From: Escherichia coli
GTDB taxonomy: Bacteria; Pseudomonadota; Gammaproteobacteria; Enterobacterales; Enterobacteriaceae
Assembly (NCBI RefSeq): GCF_030013205.1
Contig: NZ_CP122649.1
Length of the DNA stretch: 64,000 bases
Direction: 5' to 3' (one strand)
Part shown: piece after piece, positions 47,626 to 56,690 of the stretch
Numbering within the stretch: the stretch's first letter is position 1
Layout of the letters: every line of letters starts with the position of its first letter
The notes under the pieces: model-generated
Database searches by the model: none
Told to the model about the DNA's origin: nothing
Seen by the model: the letters and a program-made list of their open reading frames with translations, nothing else
Translations under genes and position numbers: made by a program

Positions 47626-47669
47626 TGTGTACTATGGGATTTAATTCGGGGTAAATCCCATCGTACACA
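47626..47669. promoter_or_regulatory. Large palindrome in a divergent promoter region
   Basis: The arms tgtgtactatgggattta / taaatcccatcgtacaca match at 17 of 18 positions, with an 8-nt loop attcgggg. It lies between the minus-strand operon (47423) and the plus-strand operon (47930). Confidence 0.6.
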
Positions 47670-47929
47670 TAGCCCCCCTCATAGTGTAATTGCGGATAAA
47701 AACCCTATTAATCAGTCATATAGCTCAATGGTTGTGCATTCAGGGAATGCGATCGCCACTTAACGGGTTGCGGGTTGTTGGTCACCCGACATCTGTGTGC
47801 TAATCTTTTTCATCTTTAGTCATTAGTAAAGGCGTTACTATAAATGACGCTACGAGAATTTTTTTAACTAGAGAGGTGGATAGGCCAGTGAAAATCTCTC
47901 AGCCAAAACAGTGGGAAAAGGATCGTGAA

Positions 47930-48742
47930 ATGAGCATGAATTCGCAGCCGGAACTGAAGTTGAGTACCCGTACCGAACAACTCGCCAGTAGTCGTGATGC
48001 CGCTATGCAAAAATTTCTGGACGGCATGACGCTGATTGCCGAAGCCTCAGCAATTTGCGGGTTTTCACTGTTTAACAGCAAAATTATGGCCCCTAATGCT
48101 TTTGGCCTTCCTGCGTCCCTGGCCGCAAGCATCGAGGAAGGGCGACAGCAAATAGACCGTAAGACATGGAACAATCTTTTTGAAGAAACGGGTATTGACC
48201 GATTCTGGAATCACAACCAGCGGGCGGAGTTCCGTGAGTCTCTCCGGAACGCTCCGCCAATTGCGTCGTTAACCGTAATCCGCAGTACATTGCGCCAGGC
48301 AGTTGCCATGCGCAGCATTACGCTTGCTGAAGGGTTTGTTGATCTGCTATGCCAGCTTGATCGCCGGTATAAAACTAATGCCTAGCAATTTGTGATGCCA
48401 AAAAAACTGGTACTACGCGGCATTTTTCCCGACTCGAACATGATGAGATATAATGGCTTTTCTCAGGATAATCTCTTCTATTTAAACGACTTTGAGAATG
48501 TCGTTTGCATCTGCTCCAATGCAGCAACACCGCCTGTCGGCAGTGGAATGAACATGTACGATCGGCTTGCTGTCTTACGGAAAACCGATTTCACGGGTGA
48601 CATTACCGACCCGAAGGGCTGGAAGTTCCGATTGTTCGGAAATGGTAACGTCCATATCTCAGTTGAGTGTGAAAGCCTGCATAACGCACTGAATGACCTG
48701 ATTAGCATTTATTTTGCCAACCAGATCCCGGCCAAAGGATAA
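47930..48742 (+). pseudogene. single reading frame interrupted by an in-frame TAG (DUF4942-like by recall)
   Basis: Tracked ORFs 47876..48385 and 48392..48742 are in the same frame and separated only by TAG 48383-48385 (..RRYKTNA * QFVMPKKLVLRG..). The C-terminal block GWKFRLFGNGNVHISVE recalls DUF4942-type proteins. Confidence 0.55.
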
Positions 48743-48744
48743 GA

Positions 48745-49965
48745 ATGATGACTGACAATGTAAATTTGATGAACGGGGATGAACAAACTGCGTCCAGTTT
48801 AAGTGAAGAGACTTCAAAAACGCCCCCTCTAAGCCCCGAGTTACTGAAGAATTCCCCTTACTCGTCAATAGCTAAGGTTAAATATTTCACCGAGATTGAA
48901 CAAATCTGCCTCGATAAGAGCATCAGCACCGAAAACCTCGACCAGTTTTTCAAAGCCCACTGGCTGCGGGATAAAATGGGGGGGTCTTTTGCCCGGGCTC
49001 AGGAGATGCTGGCGGCCTACAAGCAATACGTGGACGAGGTGCCCGAGGAAGCACGCGCGATTGAAATCCCTGACCAGATTAAAGATGCATTCAGTGATTT
49101 TACTGCGTTTATCACCTGGTACTTCCGCTTAAGCTATACGGCTATCCAGAGTGATAGCGTGAAAATTGCGAAGGCAGAAATTACTCAGTTACGGCAGCGG
49201 AATGCTGAAATTCTGGAAGAACTGTCACAGTCGAAAGAACAGGCTACAGTCCTGAATAACGAAAAAGTTAACCTGATTAACCTGCTGGAGCAGCAGCGTG
49301 AACTCTCCAGTAAATTAGAAGATTCACTTCAGGAAGCAGAAGAAACTCTGGCAGGAACTCAAAGTGAATTACAGCATGCCCAAAACGAGATCCAGCTTTT
49401 ACAGCAGACAGTAGGGACACTGAACCAGCAACTGAGTGAGCGCAAACAGGAACTGGCCTCGCAGCAGGAGTATCAGAAGCAGCTGAATGATGAGAATAAA
49501 GCGCAGCAGGTAGAGCTGACAGCCCTCAAAAGCCAGAATGATCACTTACAACGGACCGTGTCTGATTTAAAAGTCAGTGTCAGTCAGCTTGAACAGGACC
49601 TTTCCTCAGTACAGACCCATTCCTCTGAATTGAGCTCATCTTTAGCCGAAAAGGACACGACCCTGACGCTCGTGCGGTCGGAGCTCTCAACAGCTAAAGG
49701 GGAGAATGACCAACTACGAGCTGAAGCACAACGCTTAGCTGATGAGAGCCTGGTTGCCAAAAAAGTGCAAACAGATCAGACAGAAGAGCTTCAACAGCTC
49801 AGGAATCAGATGATTTCCATGGAAGCGACACTCAATGCGGAAAAGACCATTGCCGAGTCTTTACGAGGAACAATCAAGCAGCTTACCGAAGCTATGACCG
49901 GCGCAGTTGCCATCAAACCTAAATCCTCTGGGGCATCAAAACCGCGAAACAAAAAGACGACATAA
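48745..49965 (+). CDS. long coiled-coil protein (406 aa)
   Basis: SD aagga. Residues ~135-390 are a heptad-like Q/E/L/K-rich sequence (..LRQRNAEILEELSQSKEQATVLNNEKVNLINLLEQQRELSSKLEDSLQEAEE..). The C-terminus is basic. Confidence 0.7.
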   Translation: MMTDNVNLMNGDEQTASSLSEETSKTPPLSPELLKNSPYSSIAKVKYFTEIEQICLDKSISTENLDQFFKAHWLRDKMGGSFARAQEMLAAYKQYVDEVPEEARAIEIPDQIKDAFSDFTAFITWYFRLSYTAIQSDSVKIAKAEITQLRQRNAEILEELSQSKEQATVLNNEKVNLINLLEQQRELSSKLEDSLQEAEETLAGTQSELQHAQNEIQLLQQTVGTLNQQLSERKQELASQQEYQKQLNDENKAQQVELTALKSQNDHLQRTVSDLKVSVSQLEQDLSSVQTHSSELSSSLAEKDTTLTLVRSELSTAKGENDQLRAEAQRLADESLVAKKVQTDQTEELQQLRNQMISMEATLNAEKTIAESLRGTIKQLTEAMTGAVAIKPKSSGASKPRNKKTT

Positions 49966-50019
49966 CTGCTCCCGCCAGGAATTTGCAATAGACTTAAATT
50001 CCTGGCGTCCACAGGCTCT

Positions 50020-50223
50020 TTATCCCGTTCGCAGGAGTTTACGTCCTTCCGACAGCATTAGGCTGATTTTCCCCGAATCACTGATCTCAATAGCATCAAC
50101 CAGGCTAGTGATCCCGCCAACAGCTTGCTGTTGTGAAATAGCTCCCAGTTTGTAGTCATCGAGTACTGCCGCCAAAAACGCCTTCAGTTTAACCTGCTCA
50201 CTCATCGAAAGTATGTACGCCAT
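50020..50223 (-). CDS. hypothetical protein (67 aa)
   Basis: Internal ATG of tracked ORF 50020..50532 (the upstream part overlaps the 431-aa gene); lies 37 nt downstream of that gene. Confidence 0.4.
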   Translation of the reverse strand: MAYILSMSEQVKLKAFLAAVLDDYKLGAISQQQAVGGITSLVDAIEISDSGKISLMLSEGRKLLRTG

Positions 50224-50260
50224 TTTTAGCCCAATTTTAAGGTTGTGATTCGGGTTAATT

Positions 50261-51556
50261 TTATCGTCTAGCTTCCGGGAAATGAGGGAGTTCCTGGTAT
50301 TCAGTCTTCTCCGTAGCATCCCAGTGCCACCATCCATAGGCCCCATATTCCTGGTTGTAATACGCCTTCTTAAGTTCCTTTCGCGCAAGATAGGCAGGTG
50401 TCGACATCCCGAAAACTTCCATCGGGAACGGCTTATCACTTCGTGTATCCAGTAAATAAAAATCTGGGAAAACATCGCTCGCACTGGCGTCATACCGCAT
50501 AGGCTTAACATAGTGCCGGTGTTCGGCATCAAGTTTACGGGACACTATCGCTTCGTAGGAGGAGTCCAGAGGTATCCAGTTATCACTCACCAGCATAAGC
50601 ACTATCTGATGAGCTCGTGCAGAGATACCTCTACTGGTCACCGATACGGGAGATGTAAGAGCAAAAACAACAACTTTGCCCCCATTTTTCCAGGCGGCAT
50701 ATTCCAGAGGGAATCGCCGCTTCACGCTATCCCAGTGCCCGTCTGAGTTAAAGAAGGTAAGGGGCATACCGCCGAAGTTACGCATAGGTAGAAACTTCAG
50801 CGGCTTCTCATGCTTTTCTGCGTCATAGCGCGGCAGTACTGATAGCAGCAGCAGTCGTTTGTCGCTCAGTTCCGCCGACGACAGCAGTTGAACCTGCTCA
50901 CTGGCCACTTTGCTTTTAGAGTCCGCCACCCCGATAAAAAGATGGTCGCCAATACATGCTCTACCCGATCTAATCTGCTTTGCGGCTTCCAACATCCGGT
51001 ATCGAACCAGCGAATCATTTCGCTTCCCGGCCATATTCGGATACCAGACATTAAGACCGGCTTCAGTCCACAACAAACTCAGAAGTCCGGAGAGGGTCAT
51101 TGAAGCCTGGCCACCTTCAGGTCGCTGGATTTGGGGCAGGGAAGGAACCTCAGACTTTTCCGGCGGATCTTTCTCCGTCATGCCTATTCCAAGGCGGATT
51201 GACATGGTCCCCTCATTGTTGATGCGTACAACATTGCTGGCATAACCCTTTAACCCTGTATGCCTGGCATCAAGGTCGAAAAACACACACGATGGATCAT
51301 GCTCAGTGCCTGTATTTGCAGCCTTAATCAGGATGAACGTATCACTGTTTGGTAGTGAGCGGACGTAGAGACGCTTTGCGCCTTTTCCCCGACATCCGCA
51401 GCTGATCACAGATTTCTGCCCGGACGTGTGGTGTGCTTTCTTCAGGGCCGACTGCCATCCCTTTACATACTCATCCTGTGTCTGAAATTCAGCCGAGTAT
51501 CGTTTCGTGTTTGGTTCGTCATCGTAAGCAATAAAAACTGCAAACTTCTGGCCCAT
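50261..51556 (-). CDS. Cys-cluster / putative PD-(D/E)xK-like protein (431 aa; DUF1173-like by recall)
   Basis: SD aggagg. The N-terminal ISCGCRGKGAKRLYVR...TGTEHDPSC is a CxC...HxxxC cluster. The C-terminal KPMRYD...VFPDFYLLD...PMEVFGM resembles a restriction-endonuclease-like core. Confidence 0.7.
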   Translation of the reverse strand: MGQKFAVFIAYDDEPNTKRYSAEFQTQDEYVKGWQSALKKAHHTSGQKSVISCGCRGKGAKRLYVRSLPNSDTFILIKAANTGTEHDPSCVFFDLDARHTGLKGYASNVVRINNEGTMSIRLGIGMTEKDPPEKSEVPSLPQIQRPEGGQASMTLSGLLSLLWTEAGLNVWYPNMAGKRNDSLVRYRMLEAAKQIRSGRACIGDHLFIGVADSKSKVASEQVQLLSSAELSDKRLLLLSVLPRYDAEKHEKPLKFLPMRNFGGMPLTFFNSDGHWDSVKRRFPLEYAAWKNGGKVVVFALTSPVSVTSRGISARAHQIVLMLVSDNWIPLDSSYEAIVSRKLDAEHRHYVKPMRYDASASDVFPDFYLLDTRSDKPFPMEVFGMSTPAYLARKELKKAYYNQEYGAYGWWHWDATEKTEYQELPHFPEARR

Positions 51557-51580
51557 GGGACCTCCTGAAATTTAAAAATA

Positions 51581-51751
51581 CTAATAGCCTAGCCATATCA
51601 ATACTTCTTGCGCGTTGTACTCTTCCCTCTCACCCAACTCGGAAAAAAATACGTCTATGTCGCTGGCTACGACGCCATGTTTTGCAAGCTCTTGCAGAGC
51701 TCTCTGTTTTGAAATGGTGAGGTCTTCTGCTGAATCAAAATACGTCATCAT
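51581..51751 (-). CDS. small acidic protein (56 aa), below the ORF-track cutoff
   Basis: Hand translation gives MMTYFDSAEDLTISKQRALQELAKHGVVASDIDVFFSELGEREEYNAQEVLIWLGY. Strong SD aggagg. It ends 24 nt before the 431-aa gene start. Confidence 0.6.
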   Translation of the reverse strand: MMTYFDSAEDLTISKQRALQELAKHGVVASDIDVFFSELGEREEYNAQEVLIWLGY

Positions 51752-51879
51752 TACCTCCTGATGAAGGAGTTGACTGAAGCAGGCCTTTCTCTCCCTGCCC
51801 AGGTTTTTTTCTGTGTAAAAGTTACAATATTAGTGAAATAAACCATTACGTTAACCTGCAAAATCACACAGAAGAATTA

Positions 51880-53307
51880 CTATGATGCCGCTTCAAACTC
51901 TCCCTTGAGACGAGCCGCAACGGCGATCTCAATACGGCTTCGAAGCAAACTGGCCACGGCCGCAAATACGTCGACGATGACCGAATTGCCGAACTGGCGA
52001 TAGGCCTGGGTATCAGAGACTGGAATGCGAAAAGTAACTTTTCCCGGTTGCTCGAATCCCATAAGGCGGGCACATTCTCGCGGGGTTAAACGGCGCGGGC
52101 GCCTTGCCATATTTACAGGATCATTAAAGTCCTTTTCGCCTATGCTGTGATCCCATCCACGGTCTAGCAAAATTTCAGAGCCATCACGATAGTACCGTGC
52201 GCTGAGTGTTCTGCAAACAACTGATTTATCAAGTGGATTTACCAGTCCGAAGCCAAATCCATTACCTTTTGCCTGGTGCTTTTTAGCGTAGTTATAAAGG
52301 TACTCCCAGAGCTTTGGAGAAAGGATGTAACGGCTATCGACCTCAGCGTCCAGCAGCTCCCCAAGGGTTGGCCGTCGTGAAGGATAAAGAGCCGATACAC
52401 CACTTAACGAAAAGCCATCATGGAGCTTCAGATCGCGCCTGAATCCAACCAACACGATACGTTCCCGGTGCTGAGGCCTGAAGTTCTTACCGTCAATTAT
52501 TTTGGGGTCCTTTGATCCGTGAGCATCGCAGTCGGCAACATCGTAGCCAAGTTCATCAAGCGCTTTCATGATGATGCGGAACGTATTTCCCTTATCGTGG
52601 CTCTTCAGATTTTTTACGTTCTCAAGAACGAAAATGGCAGGCTGTTTGGCTCGGATGATCCGGGCGACATCAAAAAAAAGGGTCCCCTGGGTGTCGCATT
52701 CAAAGCCGTGTTTTCGGCCCAAAGAGTTCTTTTTGCTGACACCGGCAATACTGAACGGTTGGCATGGGAAACCTGCGAGCAAAACATCATGGTCTGGGAT
52801 GGATGCATCGATAGAAGCATAGGCCTGGTCATCCGAAACATCGGGAAGATTACTGAGTGTAATGTCCCGGATATCTGAGTTGAAATAGTGCTCAGTCTCG
52901 TCACAGTACCAGTTTGCACTGTATGTCCGGCGGGAGAACTGATTCCATTCGCTTGTAAACACGCATTTCCCGCCAATGGCGTCAAAACCACTCCGGAGGC
53001 CACCGATCCCAGCAAACAAGTCAATAAAACGGAAAAATTTCTGGTCATAGTCTGCTGGGCGTGAGGGGAGCAACGATCGAAGATAATGATATTCTTCCTG
53101 GGTTATTCGACATTCATTAACTGAACCTTTGATCTGGCGAATAAGTGATGCCCTCGACCAGTCGCTGCCGGTTGCAGCATTAAGTTGCGCAGCCAAATCT
53201 TTTACGTCATAGATACTTGCAACCTGCACCAGTAATTTATGGATAGAGGAAGGCGTCTCATCATTAAGCAATGCTGTTATTGCAGGCTCAGTTCTATCGT
53301 TGTACAT
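51880..53307 (-). CDS. dcm: DNA (cytosine-5)-methyltransferase, Dcm-like
   Basis: 475 aa with C5-MTase motifs [10 protein letters not shown] (I), GFPCQPFS (IV), FVLENVKNL (VI) and QFGNSV (X). Similar along its length, including the variable region, to the recalled E. coli Dcm. Confidence 0.9.
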   Translation of the reverse strand: MYNDRTEPAITALLNDETPSSIHKLLVQVASIYDVKDLAAQLNAATGSDWSRASLIRQIKGSVNECRITQEEYHYLRSLLPSRPADYDQKFFRFIDLFAGIGGLRSGFDAIGGKCVFTSEWNQFSRRTYSANWYCDETEHYFNSDIRDITLSNLPDVSDDQAYASIDASIPDHDVLLAGFPCQPFSIAGVSKKNSLGRKHGFECDTQGTLFFDVARIIRAKQPAIFVLENVKNLKSHDKGNTFRIIMKALDELGYDVADCDAHGSKDPKIIDGKNFRPQHRERIVLVGFRRDLKLHDGFSLSGVSALYPSRRPTLGELLDAEVDSRYILSPKLWEYLYNYAKKHQAKGNGFGFGLVNPLDKSVVCRTLSARYYRDGSEILLDRGWDHSIGEKDFNDPVNMARRPRRLTPRECARLMGFEQPGKVTFRIPVSDTQAYRQFGNSVIVDVFAAVASLLRSRIEIAVAARLKGEFEAAS

Positions 53308-53530
53308 CCTTACTCCATGAAATGTGATTAATTTAGGACCTCAGACTACCACGCGGTGAAAATTCAATTTTTTGTTAAAGGCCTTTATTTTCATCTCCTG
53401 AATTAAAATTTTTAATCCACTCAAATTGCCTCCGTTAACGGAAAATCGCCGAGTTTCTAATTGGTACAATAAGCGCGTCAAATCACACGACTTATTTGTT
53501 ACTACGAACCATCTAATTCAGGGAGAACGT

Positions 53531-54046
53531 ATGACTCTGTTGAAAAAGTTACTTTTGCCGACATTAATCGTCCTTTTCCCGGCGGCAACTCTGGCTGCCC
53601 AATCGTCATTTGAAGCGAAAGTGGTAAAAATTATCGACGGGGACACAATCACCGCGCTCGATGGTCAGAATACAAGCATCAAAATCCGCTTGTACGGTAT
53701 TGATGCCCCCGAAAGTAAGCAGGCCTTTGGACAAAAGTCTAAACAAGCGTTGAGCGCCGCGATTGCTGCACAGAATATTACGGTAATAGACCACGGACCT
53801 GATATTTACGGCAGGATGCTGGGAACCATTTGGCTTGATGGTTATGACATAAACGCCTCAATGGTAGACAGCGGCTATGCATGGGTATACCGGTTTGACG
53901 GTAATGCCATCGTCCCAAACTATCTGAAATTCGAAGCTTCAGCTCAGAAAGCAGTTAAAGGCCTCTGGGTAGATCCTAATCCCGTTGCCCCCTGGGAGTG
54001 GCGCCAGCAAAACCAGAAACCTCAAAAGACGAAAAGCAGGGGGTGA
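53531..54046 (+). CDS. nuc: secreted staphylococcal-nuclease (SNase)-like thermonuclease
   Basis: ATG 53531 with SD ggaga; signal peptide MTLLKKLLLPTLIVLFPAATLAA. SNase motifs KVVKIIDGDTI, IRLYGIDAPE and GRMLG. Confidence 0.85.
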   Translation: MTLLKKLLLPTLIVLFPAATLAAQSSFEAKVVKIIDGDTITALDGQNTSIKIRLYGIDAPESKQAFGQKSKQALSAAIAAQNITVIDHGPDIYGRMLGTIWLDGYDINASMVDSGYAWVYRFDGNAIVPNYLKFEASAQKAVKGLWVDPNPVAPWEWRQQNQKPQKTKSRG

Positions 54047-54051
54047 CCGCG

Positions 54052-54975
54052 ATGACAAGACAGCATCCTTTATTGAAAATTGCGCTTAATAGCGATGGAC
54101 ATCTTTCGTGGCCAATTTTACCAGGAGAGACTCACCGCTGCCCAACGTGTCTGCGACACGTTACTACGGGCCCGGATGGGGATTTGGTGCATTCGATGGA
54201 GGAGGGCGGCAACGTCTGCATACCTTCAGCTTCTGTTGTTATTTCAAAGGCAATTATTGAAATGCTCAGCGCAGGCGAACGTCTCTATGTTAATCCAATC
54301 AAGAATGGGAATAAAACCCTAGCACCGTCATTTATCTTTCTGCATACAGACCAGCAACTCCGCCCATTTATCAATTCGGATTATCAGCCAGCCGGTGCCA
54401 GCTGGAGAAGTGATAAAGGTTTCAGGCTTGGCCTTTTCTTTATGAATGAGCGAGCCTCTAAAATTAATAAAGACCAGTTTGATTTTATTGCAGTAATAGA
54501 CCCATTGACCTTTCAGTCAGAATTTGATGCGACATGGTCCCGTGGTGAATTTGATGACCCTCTAAAGGCATTACGGTATTCAATTGTTTCTGAAAACTTG
54601 TCTTCCGTCTGGGTGAAATGGCCCGTAAAAAACCTGCAACCGAGGAAAGAAACGGTGATGGCCGATTACTGGTATGACTATTATTCACCTCATTCCCCAG
54701 CTCAGCAGGCTGCTTGCACAGCAACGGTGACTGGAATAGATGGGAATGTATCCGGCGAAACTATTTACATGCTCCAGATCGCTTTAGAGCGGTCGACAGT
54801 TGAGTACCAGCTTGTAAAATCGCTAGGGGTCATATTGCTACTGGATAATACAGGAAATTTGGTATCGGAGGCGCAGCCGCACTTTGATATAATCATCAAG
54901 GCATGCATATCGGGCGTCAGAGACTTTGTTCTTCAGAATCCTCGGACGCTGGGTTTTGAAAACAAGGTTGCATAG
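54052..54975 (+). CDS. hypothetical Zn-ribbon protein (307 aa)
   Basis: ATG 54052, 5 nt after the nuc stop. The N-terminal HRCPTCLRHVTTGPDGDLVHSMEEGGNVC loosely parallels the N-terminus of the 19804 protein. Confidence 0.6.
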   Translation: MTRQHPLLKIALNSDGHLSWPILPGETHRCPTCLRHVTTGPDGDLVHSMEEGGNVCIPSASVVISKAIIEMLSAGERLYVNPIKNGNKTLAPSFIFLHTDQQLRPFINSDYQPAGASWRSDKGFRLGLFFMNERASKINKDQFDFIAVIDPLTFQSEFDATWSRGEFDDPLKALRYSIVSENLSSVWVKWPVKNLQPRKETVMADYWYDYYSPHSPAQQAACTATVTGIDGNVSGETIYMLQIALERSTVEYQLVKSLGVILLLDNTGNLVSEAQPHFDIIIKACISGVRDFVLQNPRTLGFENKVA

Positions 54976-55030
54976 TTATAAAAAATCTTGCCGTTCTCAA
55001 GGCATCATTAAAAATTAAAATGAGGTATAC

Positions 55031-55810
55031 ATGGTACAAGTACTCAACACCACTGGTTTGAATTATCAACTTGAAAAAACAATCACTGAAGCTGAGGAAA
55101 GGATAATTCTCATTAGCCCATACCTTAAGCTTAGTAATCGCATTAAAGAGCTGATCGAAGATAAAAATAGACTAAAAGTTGACATCAGAATAGTTTATGG
55201 GAAATCAGAACTAAACTCTAAAGAATATGAATGGTTAACAAACCTGCCTTTTGTACGCCTTAGTTTTTGTAAAAACCTCCATGCAAAATTATATGCCAAT
55301 GAAAATCAATGTATTGTGTGCAGTCTAAACCTTTATGATTTTAGTCAGATTAATAACCATGAAATTGGAGTGTTAATTATTAAGGAGCAGGAGAAGGATG
55401 CATACACTTCATCGTTAAATGAAGCTCAGCGACTGATCAGAATCAGCACAGATAACATTCAGCCACTAACAACAGATAAAGAAACAACAGGTTCAAAAGA
55501 AAGTGAAAAAACTAATAAAGAGTCATCCGACTTCACTTCAGCCTTTCATGAAGAACCATTAACAAATCAAAATGGATTGATTACTGATTTAAATACAAAT
55601 TCAAAACTCACTTCGACAAATCTAGCAAAAAATCATAAAACTGATTTGTTATCTCTATATAAAAAATTAATCGAAGCTGGATATCTCATGGACGTAGAAG
55701 GAAAATACATATTGACTGATGCTGGCATAGCGGCAGGGGCAGAAGCCAAGCCAAATCGATATAAAAAAGGAGAAAACTATTTTCTGTGGCCTGATAACCT
55801 AGCATTATGA
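55031..55810 (+). CDS. PLD-superfamily (HKD-motif) nuclease-like protein with C-terminal extension
   Basis: Single HKD-like motif NLHAKLYANENQCIVCSLNL in a ~140-aa N-terminal domain, then a low-complexity linker and a C-terminal ~70-aa domain (LLSLYKKLIEAGYLMDVEGKYILTDAGI). No signal peptide. Confidence 0.7.
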   Translation: MVQVLNTTGLNYQLEKTITEAEERIILISPYLKLSNRIKELIEDKNRLKVDIRIVYGKSELNSKEYEWLTNLPFVRLSFCKNLHAKLYANENQCIVCSLNLYDFSQINNHEIGVLIIKEQEKDAYTSSLNEAQRLIRISTDNIQPLTTDKETTGSKESEKTNKESSDFTSAFHEEPLTNQNGLITDLNTNSKLTSTNLAKNHKTDLLSLYKKLIEAGYLMDVEGKYILTDAGIAAGAEAKPNRYKKGENYFLWPDNLAL

Positions 55811-55863
55811 TTTTACATCACGTACTGTGTCCCTGCGTAGCCATGAGGGACATAGAAGGGTCA

Positions 55864-56094
55864 ATGAAAAATAGCTTGTTTAGTACTGATTCGAATACTG
55901 GGGTCACCTTTACCATCTCGCCTCACGGCCAGGGATGTAAACTGTCTGTAGAGCCTGAATATCGTCGCAAAGGAACACAAAATTACGATGGCTGGTTCCC
56001 TCGATATTACACTAAGCCACAATACGCTAAAGCAGCATTGACACGGTTTCTTGGGGAACCTGTTAATTGGTTGGATTGTAATGACCATAATTAG
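55864..56094 (+). CDS. hypothetical protein (76 aa)
   Basis: Internal ATG of tracked ORF 55807..56094. Confidence 0.45.
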   Translation: MKNSLFSTDSNTGVTFTISPHGQGCKLSVEPEYRRKGTQNYDGWFPRYYTKPQYAKAALTRFLGEPVNWLDCNDHN

Positions 56095-56157
56095 GGCTTT
56101 CAGACAGTTAGCCAACAAAAAAATCTTTAACTCACCAACAATATTGAGAATTACCAA

Positions 56158-56457
56158 ATGGAAAATCTGGATGTTGTATCAGCGGTAGATTTTTACTTAG
56201 AAAAAGCATTTTATTTATTTGGATTCATAATGTTAGGTATGGCATGGCTTACTTTTCGTGCTGGTTCAACTTATCAGCATTTTAAAAATGCTGATAAGTT
56301 AGTCAGTGAAGGTAGAGGCTCAGTTTCAAGCGGTAAAGAGCCTGAAATGATCCGGCGGCTTAAGTTCCAAACATTGATCTGGTACATTGCTAATTGTGTG
56401 GTGTTAGCATTATCCACTATTGCTTTTGGGTATTTATTTTATCTTCTACACAGTTAA
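56158..56457 (+). CDS. membrane protein (99 aa, 2 TM)
   Basis: ORF track; hydrophobic FYLFGFIMLGMAWLTF and LIWYIANCVVLALSTIAFGYLFYLL. Confidence 0.5.
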   Translation: MENLDVVSAVDFYLEKAFYLFGFIMLGMAWLTFRAGSTYQHFKNADKLVSEGRGSVSSGKEPEMIRRLKFQTLIWYIANCVVLALSTIAFGYLFYLLHS

Positions 56458-56582
56458 TCAAACAATGAGAGATTTTTATTTTCTATAATCAGGTACATAT
56501 TTATTTTCTTGGAGATATTGATGAACGAAAACAATCCACTTCTGCAATCTGAACTGCTGTTTTGAATACGTTAGTGGAGGTA

Positions 56583-56690
56583 ATGCCTATGGTATTAGAT
56601 ATCATGACTGTTTTGGCCTTTGCGTTTTTGGTTCTGTATAAAATAGCTTCACGAATCATTTCTATGTCTGGTGGTGCGATAAGGTTCTGA
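56583..56690 (+). CDS. possible small hydrophobic peptide (35 aa, or 33 aa from ATG 56589), below the ORF-track cutoff
   Basis: SD ggagg. Hand translation gives MPMVLDIMTVLAFAFLVLYKIASRIISMSGGAIRF. It is preceded by a 14-codon ORF (56521-56565, SD ggaga) and followed directly by a terminator. Confidence 0.35.
   Translation: MPMVLDIMTVLAFAFLVLYKIASRIISMSGGAIRF

Noticed and set aside
50020-50532. 170-aa minus-strand ORF.
   Set aside because: Its first 103 codons overlap the 3' end of the 431-aa gene in another frame. Only the distal 67 codons, from ATG 50223, are kept as a low-confidence gene.
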